Of a stretch of DNA of 64,000 bases, positions 24,936-35,247 are shown piece after piece. The DNA lies in assembly GCA_038496445.1 (NCBI GenBank), contig JALMLS010000179.1, positions 439,608 through 503,607 of the forward strand. Reading direction: 5' to 3'. The stretch is from Trichosphaerium sp. ATCC 40318. Taxonomy: Eukaryota; Protista; Tubulinea. The notes below the pieces were generated by a model. That model saw only the letters and a program-made list of their open reading frames with translations, searched no databases and had not been told where the DNA came from. How positions within the stretch are numbered: position 1 is the first letter of the stretch; each line of letters begins with the position of its first letter. A program made the translations under genes and the position numbers.

Positions 24936-26978
24936 ATGGCAGCTATGGGAACGACAATACAATTATCTGTTGATTTTGACGCAATTGGGCCTCTCACAGA
25001 TCTTACAAGCAAAATGAATACATTAGCAGAAAAAATGGCTTCAAACAAACTCGCTCCAGGCTCTTCAACGCTAACCACACAAGAAACAGGATTTTTATCG
25101 AATTTTACAGAGTACGCAGCTGCGGAAACATAATTAACCTTTACAACGCGCTTCTACGCGTTAAATATCACGAAATTATTATGTAGCGCTATTTTGGAAT
25201 AATATGTTACGAAATATTCTAAACTAGTTTAGAATGCTTAACGCTTCAAAACTACTTACAAAAAACATGCCCATAGCTCCTCCAAAGCAATTCGATCCAC
25301 CACCAAGCAATATTTTACCTATTGGCCAACTGAAACTACAACATGACTTGACACACCTCGCAACATCATTGGATGATGACATTGAAATGGATAAACTTTC
25401 AAAGGATCTCAAAGATCGTGTTGAGACATTTTTATCTACATTGGACGAATCAGACTCTACAATTTTTAACGACAAAGATCCTATTGTCAACCCAAAGTCT
25501 CCTAATGAGAAACCAAACACTGCACCTGGTAGAGAACGAACAAGTTATATAGGACCACCTAGAATTAGTGCCAATCCTGCAGCACAAATCACAGGGGCTG
25601 GCGTCCAACCATTTTATTCTGGACAAAACCATTTACCTAGAATTGTACATAGACAACCACAACGTGTAGTTACACAAGTTGCTCCAACACGAACAGCAGC
25701 TCCCCCACCGCCACAAAAGGTAGTAAAGACTCTCAAATTCGATAAAGCTTTTAGCACAGCACCAAGTGATCATGGTAGTAAGCCAGTAACTGATGTACGA
25801 TATAGTTTTAAACGATTCATATCTTTTGTTTGACACGTGGTTGTTAGGTTCTGTGGGCATCTGAGTTTCAAGGTATACCTAAAAAAGAAGATCAACTTGG
25901 TTGGATCATTTCAGCTTCTGGTACATGCCTCACACTGTGGGCATGTTTTAGAACATTAGGTAGACTAGTGATCTTCTTAACAAACTAACTTTGTGAATCG
26001 CTAGATCCCCGAATGCAAGTCTCTCATATGTGCGACTTTGAGCATTACATCAAATGTGTAGATTTTCTAACACCAAGGTCACTCGTTGTTGGTCTGGAAT
26101 CAAAAAAAGGAAAATACTCTATATGTTTTGTGAATTTGACTAGCAAAGCATTTTTTCACAAACGTGGCGCAGTACGACAAAAAACGTGTCCAACAAAGGT
26201 AATTAACGTTAAGTCATTACACTTCTCATGTTCGTTTAGCTATTAAGTTTCAACACAATTGCAGAGACGCCGGGACAGTTTGTTTGTTCTTCTGGAGATA
26301 CACTTACTTTATACAACAAAACTAAGACTGTAAAAGAGTGGAAAGTGCCAAAACAATCTGTTACATGTATGGGCTTAGGAAAAGACACAACTGCTGCATT
26401 CACAGGTTGTAAATCAGGAGAGATATTACAATGGGACATGCGAACTTACAAACAATCATTTCAATTATTAACGCATACAGACGCTGTCACATCTATACGG
26501 CCAGTTTCAGGCACTTTTCTTGTACGTCAAAAACCTTCGATAAAAAAAAAAGCACGTGACTAATTTCTATTTAGATGAGTAGTAGCAAGGACACATATGT
26601 AGCTGTTTGGGATACAAGAAATGTATCAAAGCCCTTGAGGTCATACTCACCTGATAAGACGCCTGTAATGACTTTAAACGTCAGTCCGAAAGGCGACAAA
26701 CTCGTTTATTCCACAACACAGGTACCACCCAGAAAAATGCAACAACTCATTGACACGTGACCTAGTCTTTACATCTTCTTGGACTACAAACATCTCAAGG
26801 AGTGCAGCTGGATAACACAGCAGGCGAAGAACAAAAATTATACCTAAGCACTACATGGAGCGCAGATAGTACGTCACAGTTGCATAGCAAAACAGTCATT
26901 TGACACAATGTAGGTAACAGCGTCTACGCTTCGACAAACACGGGAGTAGTTAATTTGTTCGAACCCGTTCACTCGTAA
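24936..26978 (+). CDS. WD40-repeat protein with Pro-rich linker
   Basis: FTGCKSGEILQWDMR, HTDAVTSI, SSSKDTYVAVWDTR; multi-exon; start position uncertain. Confidence 0.7.
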
Positions 26979-27121
26979 CCTAGTAATGAACAAATAAAAT
27001 GAAAACACACATTCGAGACTTGACTGGAAATTTTTTTTTCCTCTGCTATATTTTTTCGTAAAAGGGTCAAGTTTAATAGTTTTGTATTTTTTCTTAGGTA
27101 GCTCCAACGTATTAAGACAAC

Positions 27122-27800
27122 ATGTCCAAGCAAGGTAAAAGACAAGGACGCGGTCGCCGAAAGACCCCATACAACCAACCTCTCACAAAAGATTACACCT
27201 ATCCACTATGGAAAATGATTAAAGGGTGGTACGTGTTAATTGCGATACATTATCGCTCCGGCGCGATATTTGCTTAAAAATGCGCCTGAAAGTGACAGAA
27301 AACACTGTTATCGTGTACAACGCCACCTAAGGACTCAAAAACACTTCGCAAGTTTTTCGCAACAACATCAGTTGTGATCCTTTGAAACAGGCCAAAATGC
27401 CGTATATTGTAACGAGAGTATTCTAAATGTATGTAGCAAACTCGAGAAGCGTGCTCCAAAGGCGATTAAAAACATTAAGGATTTCGCATACAAACAAATG
27501 GGAACAAGCGATGTACGTGTCGCCAACGGACTAAACAGAGCTATTTGGGCCCGTGGTATTCGTAAGGTACGCTGCAGGGAGAGAATTACATCAAACAACT
27601 CAAAAAACCCTCAAAATCGCTGAATTACGCGTAAATACAACTAACGCGCCGTTTAGCCTCCTCGCAAAATCCGTCTTCGATTGCAAAGACTCCCAAATGA
27701 CGATGAAGATGCAAAGCGCGAAATGTATGTTATGTGCAGTCTTGTCCATGTAGATACTTTCAGCGGTCTTAAGTCCCCAGAAGTTGTAGATGACGAATAA
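27122..27800 (+). CDS. RPL31: 60S ribosomal protein eL31
   Basis: Three exons: ..TKDYTYPLWKMIKG/CKLEKRAPKAIKNIKDFAYKQMGTSDVRV..LNRAIWARGIRK/PPRKIRLRLQRLPNDDEDAK. Confidence 0.93.
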
Positions 27801-28197
27801 ATTTGTTACCTTACACTTTTTTTTGATCAAAAGAACCGTCACTTGTACAATCGCCAAAATAAAAAGAAATTTATAAAACTTGCTCATACGACATTTCTTG
27901 AGGTTATTTTTTTGAGTGTAAAAGGCATTTTGTAGTACATACCAATAAATCTGCGTAAAAAAGTTTCATTTTACAGAATTTGTGAGTTTCTTAGTTTACA
28001 CTTGTTGTAGCGAAATTTGTAAAAATGGAGCCGGAATTATGTTTTATGTTATTATAGTAGGTACGGAAGCATATGCGCTGTATATTTCGCCCGAAGGTAG
28101 AAGGAATACAGGAGAAATTTTACTATTTTTTGGTTTTTGGGTGCCTAAGTCACCATGCTTTTTGTGAGTTCAATAGCAACATAAACAACAACTCAGC

Positions 28198-31053
28198 ATG
28201 CTCAGACAAGCCACAAACCGTCTCGCCCAAGTTGTACGTATGTTTTAAAAAGTATTTTGTCTCACAGTGTTTTCAGGGCGTCAAGTCACAATATGTAACC
28301 TCTACAAAGGCCAGAAAGGCTACTGTTGTACCAGCTCGCGCCTACTCGTACGTGGCCGCCGGTTCTCCCGATTTTCTTCTTTCTTCTCAAAGTGGGCGGT
28401 GCAGTCTTAAAAAACAAGAACCCTTCGCACATAGCTACTATTGTATTTTCACGTAAGCTTACAGCATTATTTAGTGGTGCTGGTGGTGATATTATTGGTA
28501 TTGATCTTGGTACCACCAACTCATGCGTAGCCGTAATGGAGGGTAAAAATCCTCGTATTATTCAAAACGCTGAGGGTGACCGTACAACACCGTCATACAT
28601 TGCCATTAACCAACAAACTGGCGAAAAACTAGTAGGACAACCTGCAAAGCGCCAAGTACGCAATTTCTACGCGTTTTCACCGTGAACTCACGTGTTGAGA
28701 AAAAAAGTATTTTTATAGCGCAAACGCGCTCCCTACGCTTGTTTAACTAGTTCGGAGTGTTAATAATTTATTTAGGCTGTCACCAACCCAGAAAACACAT
28801 TCTACGCTTCCAAGCGTCTCATTGGTCGCCGTTTCGATGACCCAATGACCGCCAAGGATCAAAAGAATGTCCCATACAAAATTGTCCGGTACGTTACGAA
28901 AAAACAAAAATAACCGTAAAAACCTGCAACAAAATGATTTTTTCTCCTTCTTACGCTTCATTATAGTGCTAAAAACGGAGACGCTTGGGTTGAGGATGCT
29001 AAAGGAAAGCAATACTCTCCTGCTGAGCTCGGTGCTCTCGTCTTGAACAAGATGAAAGAGACCGCAGAAGCTCACTTGAACAAAACCGTACAAGCTGCTG
29101 TAGTTACCGTACCAGCTTACTTCGATGACGCACAACGTCAAGCTACAAAGGATGCTGGTCGTATTTCCGGTTTGGACGTAAAGAGAATCATCAACGAACC
29201 TACCGCAGCTGGTATGTCCATCAGAACTTTAATTACGATTTTTTTTATTTAATTCGTATTTATTTTTCTAATTTTTTGCTTAAGCTCTCGCTTACGGTAT
29301 GTCCGAAAAGGATGGTAAGACCGTTGCCGTATACGATCTTGGTGGTGGTACTTTCGATGTATCCATCTTGGAAATCTCCAGCGGTGTCTTTGAAGTCAAA
29401 TCCACTAACGGTGATACTTTCCTCGGTGGTGAAGATTTCGATACTGCCCTTCTCAAATACTTTTTGGGTGAATTCAAAAAAGAGGTAAGGAGAAAACACG
29501 GAAATTTTACTCGCCGAAAGTAATTTATTCCTAATTCATTTTATTAGTCTGGTATTGATATTCAAGGTGATAAAATGGCCATCCAAAGGTTGCGTGAAGC
29601 CGCCGAAAAGGTCAAACAAGAACTTTCATCAAAACTCTCCGTACGTAGTCTACGCGAACTATATTTGCTTTTTGCTAACAGGTGTTCCTTGTAGACTGAA
29701 GTTAACTTGCCTTTCTTGTCCCAACAAAACGGTAACCCAGTCCACTTTGTCCGTACCGTTACCCGCGCACAATTCGAGAACCTCGTACCAGATCTCATTG
29801 CCAGAACCATCGATCCTTGCAAAACTTGCTTGAAGGACGCTTCATTGTCAGCATCTGACATTGATGAGGTCATCCTTGTCGGTGGTATGACTAGAATGCC
29901 AAAGGTCAAAACTGAAGTCAAAAACTTCTTCGGTAAAGACGCTTTCGAAGGTGTTAACCCTGGTACGCCCTCAGTTTGGTTATTCTTTTTTCTCTGCATT
30001 TTCAACGCTCTACAATTTTTATAAAACTTACTCTTCTCTCCAGATGAAGCTGTCGCTATGGGCGCTGCTATTCAAGGTGGTGTATTGGGCGGTGGTGTCA
30101 CTGACTTGCTCCTCCTCGATGTTACCCCACTTTCCCTCGGAATTGAGACATACGGTGGTGTCATGACAAAATTGATTGAATCAAACACAACCATTCCAAC
30201 AAAGAGATCCCAAACTTTCTCTACTGCTATGGATAACCAAACTGAGGTCGAAATTAAGGTCTTGCAAGGTGAACGTTACATGGCCGCTGATAACTCCCTA
30301 TTGGGCCGCTTCAACTTGGTCGGTATCCCACCTGCACCAAAGGGTGTTCCACAAATTGAAGTTACCTTCGATATTGATGCTAATGGTATCGTAAACGTAA
30401 GCGCAAAGGATAAGGCTACTGGAAAGGAACAAATGAGTACGTCTACAATTTCTTGCTTGTTTCGAGTAGTGGCTTTTTTACTGATTTTTTTTCTTTCTCT
30501 TTAGTCAAGATTCAATCCGATGGTGGTTTGAGCGAAGCTGAAATTCAACAAAAGAAAGAAGAAGCTGAGAGCAACAAAGCTGCTGATGAAGAGAGGAAAA
30601 ACACAACAGAGATCGTCAACAAAGCCGAATCTTCTGCTTTCGAAACCGAGAAATCTCTCGAAACATACAAAGATCATCTCTCTGAGGGTCAAAAGACTGA
30701 ACTTAAAGAACTTGTCGCTGATCTCAGGTACGACTACTTGCTCTTTATCTTTTTTCGCCCAATTTTCCTCTCTTCTAAACTTCTTCTTTAGAAAAGCTGT
30801 CGCTGGTGGTAACGGTGAAGAAATCAAAGCTGCTCAAGATAAATTGCAACAAACATCCAACACTGCATTTACACAAGCCTACAACGCTATGCAAAGCGGT
30901 GGTGGCGCTTCCCAAGCTCAACCAGAGCAACCTGCTGGTGACGCTGCTGGTGACGCCGCTGGTGCCGGACAAGAAAATCCGTTCAACCAACAACAACAAG
31001 GTGGTGAGACCGTTGACGGTCAAGGCGCTGACTTCAAGCAACAAAAAGATTAG
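28198..31053 (+). CDS. HSPA9: Mitochondrial Hsp70 (mortalin/Ssc1/DnaK-type)
   Basis: Presequence [12 protein letters not shown]; [51 protein letters not shown]; no C-terminal EEVD or KDEL. Confidence 0.93.
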
Positions 31054-31245
31054 AGTATACATGCAGAGTAGAGCGTGAAAGAAAGTTTTTATTTTTCTTT
31101 CGCTCATTTTTTTTAAAATCGTTGCTTAACCGCGTTGCTTACGCGTAACACTTGTACCAAATAAATTATGCCTGTTGCTTTATTAATAATGGTTATCATT
31201 TCATTCACTACGTATGAAATGCAATGATTTTCTCGTGCGTTTTTG

Positions 31246-31780
31246 TTAGAAGTTGTCAAAGTCCACTTGTATTTCAGGTATGTTTTCGTCTTCTAATTCC
31301 ATCTCTCGTAGTTGTAATCGAGCGATATCTCCCTTCATTACTGTTTCAAACAGTTTTAGCTTTGTGAGTACTGTCTGGGCGTACAAATAAGGAATTTACA
31401 TTGAGTTAACTGATTTTGTCATCGTACGTTTGCATTTTGCTTGTATTGTGATGCCTCCTTCTGAATGGTGGTAACATCTGCATTTGGGTCCTGATTATCA
31501 ATCCATGCTTTGCCTTAAACCTAATTACTTACGTCTATGCCTTTGCGATGTTACCCGTCGTTGACGCTATCCATGATTGTTGCTTTGCAAGAGCCTCAAC
31601 TTTGTTAATTTGTACTTGTAGTTCTTCTAGCTCTTTCTCTTTCTTTTGACGTTGTAGGCCAACGTTAATTAGTTCTGTGAGCGAATCATCCTGATTTTTA
31701 TCCTAACGTCCATGTAAACGGCAATAGAACAATAGGGACCTTCATACTTTAACTGTAGTATCCGGATATGACCACTGCAT
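31246..31780 (-). CDS. Small hypothetical coiled-coil protein, possibly prefoldin-like (4 exons)
   Basis: Exons join in frame: MQWSYPDTTVK/DKNQDDSLTEL..SWIASTT/GKAWIDNQ../TVLTKLKLF..VDFDNF; helix-hairpin-helix layout. Confidence 0.5.
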
Positions 31781-32044
31781 TATTGATTGTACCGAAATTT
31801 CAGTAGATTTGAAACGACTTGACAAAAGACTAACTGTATACACGCCCTCCAGCACCAATATTTTTGTACAAACAAAGCTTGGCCTCCAAAGAGTCATTAT
31901 TTAACAATTTACGTATAGAACGGCGCTACGATCGTTTGGGCGCTTCGACGTTACGTACAAGTTATTTTAAGGCGCTAAAGTAAATGTACAAACGTACGAA
32001 AAAAAACGCGCCAAAAAAAATTTGACTTTCAAAGTAATCAACAA

Positions 32045-32666
32045 ATGAGTGGACAGCCGCAAGCTAGTAAACTAACAGCTACGAAGAGGGTCACTGAAAT
32101 TGTGCGGTCGTACAACCTACAACCCTTACAGGCACGTTACCAAAGCAGCGTTTTTCTTTTAAAACCCGCTGTTTGCTCTGCGACTGGGTCCTAAGTTGCG
32201 TAAAGAATCTAACTGGGTTTAAAAAGCAAAACGTTAGTAGTTGCACCGCGAGTGGGAGCTATGCTCTGCGACTGGATTCTAAGTTGCGTTAAGACCACTC
32301 TCCACGCGGTGAAGCTGCGCAATCTTTTGGTTTTTTTGGTTTTATACGTCTCCTGACGTACATAACTCACTTGTGCTCTAGGCTAGTTATGATGCAGCTA
32401 TTAAAAACCTTGCAGAGAGGCTAGTACAAGCTGAAAAAAAATGTAATTCTTTGGCAGGAGTTAAGAGAAAACATGATCAGCTCGTACGAGATTTGAACGT
32501 TTCACAACAGCGTGTAGTTGGATTGGAAGCACAAAACAAAAAACTTAAGAAAGCCATTCTTCTCGTTTCTGCTATCATAAAACCGATCGCAGACGCAACT
32601 GCCGATGATAGTGATGATGTAATATTGATAGAACAACTACAGCCCGGTGGACAGCAAGATGAATAA
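32045..32666 (+). CDS. Hypothetical coiled-coil protein with one GC-AG intron (32132-32381)
   Basis: MSGQPQASK..QPLQ joins in phase 0 to ASYDAAIKNL..; donor CAG|GCACGT mirrors the local GTACGT consensus. Confidence 0.6.
32147..32318 (+). ncRNA. Candidate structured intronic RNA: two tandem ~85-nt hairpins sharing a 33-nt apical motif
   Basis: 32174-32206 and 32262-32294 match at 30/33 nt. Each is enclosed by a different long basal stem (32147-67/32215-35 pairs at 19/21). Confidence 0.45.
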
Positions 32667-32937
32667 TAATAATGAAACAAACAAACAAGTGTAACATAAG
32701 AATAAAATTGTATATCAAAAGGGCAAGTGTATTTTGTAGCAAGATAAAAAGCAACATAACGTGAAGCGCTACCGAGGTAAAATATCAACTCACTAAGTGT
32801 TCAGATGGCACCAAATATTTTGACGAATGTAGTTTTAGAATTACAAACGTAAGAAAAGAAGGGAAAGAGGCATTACACAAGTTTTAAACTGTTTTTACTT
32901 TTTACATTCTTGGCTTTACCCCTTCGAATGCCAGGTT

Positions 32938-33056
32938 ACAATGGCTCCAAGATTGAGAGGTTTACAAGCAAGTTTCTCAAGAGTTTTTGATTTACCCTTT
33001 GTACTGCGTGTACGTCGTGTTAATGTTGACGATGATGTTCTGATGAAAGAAGCATT
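32938..33056 (-). pseudogene. Truncated, frameshifted 5' fragment of the pseudokinase gene
   Basis: Encodes RRTRSTKGKSKTLEKLACKPLNLGAI; 1-nt loss just after the ATG; homology stops at about codon 40. Confidence 0.65.
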
Positions 33057-33778
33057 TGGAAGAGTTTTGTTTCGTTTGTGTTGTTTTTAGTATTTTGACT
33101 TAACGAAACACTGAGGTCTAACTTTACGCCAAAACCATCCATTAATAGTATAAATCGCATCGAACAAACCACTTTGATTTATGAATAGACCTGTACCGTT
33201 TACTGACCATTAGTCTAGATGGAGAAATCGGATTATAATAAAAAGTGCCCGAAAAAAATGTCTGTATACACATTTTGTCTGTTCCAACAACAGACTTTTA
33301 TGATGGAACTGCTTTTGGCGGCGCTACCATCACCTGCAGTCTCGGTTTAGTCACGTAAAAAAGAAAAATACGAATACTAACAAATAAAGTAAATGATGTA
33401 TTTTTAATTGCTTTTTTTAGCTGATATCACCTTGAAATTTACTCTGAAACGAAACCCAATAACCTCCCACACCAAAGAATCATTTTTAATAACGTTGTAC
33501 CATAAACAGACTCTCGGTATGATACGGAGAATTATTGTGAGAATAACAGAAATACCCTGAAATTATTGAGAAATTGAGAATCCGAGAACAAACTCAAAAT
33601 GACTTGTTTGCACTCTTGACGCACACTCACTGATAAACGCAAGCGATACAACATGTTTTTTAGAGTGCGTAAGAAATGTAGTTTGTGCAGTTTGCAAAAC
33701 TAAAGACTCCAAAGTGCCTTAAAACATCATAATCTTACTACTTGAACCGAACTAACCACGAATCTTGCTTGCAATCAG

Positions 33779-34048
33779 ATGTCTACATTTACCAAGTCTC
33801 TCAAATCCTTTACACGCCGCGCATTCAACCTCCTCTCACGCAAAACAACATCTGTGGTCGAACCCTCGATAATACATGGCCAAGTTACATTCTCAGAGCG
33901 AGTAGAGATCATACCGACAATCGACGAGACAAAACGCGAAGAAGAAATAAACTCTCAGTTCAGACTCGACTTTGGTGACTTGGAACTTGACTGTTCGCCT
34001 TTAAAACTCTGCTCACCAGCTCACATACCTCTGGCGATGAAGTTGTAA
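33779..34048 (+). CDS. 89-aa protein, copy B (QVTF in place of RVTF)
   Basis: Identical protein to 10510-10779 except R35Q. Confidence 0.6.
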   Translation: MSTFTKSLKSFTRRAFNLLSRKTTSVVEPSIIHGQVTFSERVEIIPTIDETKREEEINSQFRLDFGDLELDCSPLKLCSPAHIPLAMKL

Positions 34049-34473
34049 ACCTCTAATTACTTACCCCACCTTGTAAAAAAAACCCAACCAAACTAAATGT
34101 AAAAATAGCCAAAAACAACTTTCATAATGTAACAACAGTAAAAAACAATGTATACTACCAACTTTTCGTTTTTGTCTGCTACCTGCTACTACAATAATGT
34201 AACAGCAGTAAAACACAATGTAATATAAGTAAGTCTAGCTTACAGCTACGCCAAAAGGCGGTCAAGACCACTTCCTTACAGAAATCCTCGACAAAGCAAA
34301 ACGAAATGTGCTGTAATTCCAAATGGAGTAAAATACTTTGGCATTTATTGTTCCTTTTTACGCACTACAAACACTGTTCGCAGTGGATATTTTACTCCTA
34401 ACAATTCTCATTGGTGGGTATTTCTCAGAAAGTAGTAGTGGTCATCTCGTTAAAGGTTTGAACCAGTTTGTTA

Positions 34474-35115
34474 TCAATTGTCTTGGATTTTTGCCTCCTT
34501 GTCCGGCAGCATACACTTGTCACAACACATTTCTAACTCTTTACCGCGTTCAATCTCACACTGACACGTACCGCACATAAAACCTTGCACCTCTGTATTG
34601 CAATAATCGCAGCGCAACGTTTGGTAGTTTACCTCCATCTCATGCTCGTGATAATATGTGCAGCCTTGGCAAACGTACTTCCCGCAACTTGGTACTACAC
34701 AACGACTGAACACACCTCCCTCACGAACGCAGCAATAAAATGTTTCATCACAAGAATTACACGTAAATACGTCATTGATGCAGTTAAAGCAAATGTCATT
34801 CCCACAAGCACACGCAACGGTGTATATCTTATGTACAGGCATTACACATCTATCGCATAGTATTCTTTGTTTTAGTTTGTAAAGACTCTGCCATGTTTGA
34901 TCTTCACCGAGACACGCCTTTGGATATAATTCAAGCAATTTAAACCGCCACACGCATTCAGTTGAAAACACTTGTCTTAAATGATTGTTTACGCGACCCA
35001 TCGCACCTATCGATGGTCTTGGAAGTATTTGTAGAATGTGACATATAATTTCGTTTGGTAACGTTACTAGGGTCGCTTTATGGGTATGAACTTGATCTCT
35101 CACGCGCTTTTCCAT
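34474..35115 (-). CDS. Intronless F-box + Cys-rich (Zn-binding) protein, paralog 1
   Basis: TLPNEIICHILQIL F-box; many CxxC pairs; clear paralogy with 41447-42196. One extra A near 34490 would extend the C-terminus to match the paralog. Confidence 0.8.
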   Translation of the reverse strand: MEKRVRDQVHTHKATLVTLPNEIICHILQILPRPSIGAMGRVNNHLRQVFSTECVWRFKLLELYPKACLGEDQTWQSLYKLKQRILCDRCVMPVHKIYTVACACGNDICFNCINDVFTCNSCDETFYCCVREGGVFSRCVVPSCGKYVCQGCTYYHEHEMEVNYQTLRCDYCNTEVQGFMCGTCQCEIERGKELEMCCDKCMLPDKEAKIQDN

Positions 35116-35247
35116 TGAAACACTGTTCGTGTGATAACTGACCAGTCAAAAGCAGTAAAGAATGTCCAAAGGCAAATCGCATTTATTCTGAGTTGGTTTA
35201 CAATAAAAAAAATCTCATCAAGCACTGGATCCTGAGTAGCCTACTCT

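Larger units (their letters stand above)
32938..34195. repeat. ~1.27-kb duplicated cassette, copy B (inverted)
   Basis: Reverse-complement match to 10365-11628. A 29-nt direct repeat (34124-52 / 34194-222) lies at its right boundary. Confidence 0.95.

Noticed and set aside
27229-27437. snoRNA in the long first intron of RPL31
   Set aside because: No clear C/D boxes or H/ACA layout could be read; needs a covariance-model search.
10365-34195. Giant transposon, Polinton or endogenous virus bounded by 1.27-kb TIRs
   Set aside because: The interior is ordinary intron-rich host genes (CDC20, RPL31, mtHSP70); no transposase, integrase, polymerase or capsid gene; no TSD seen.
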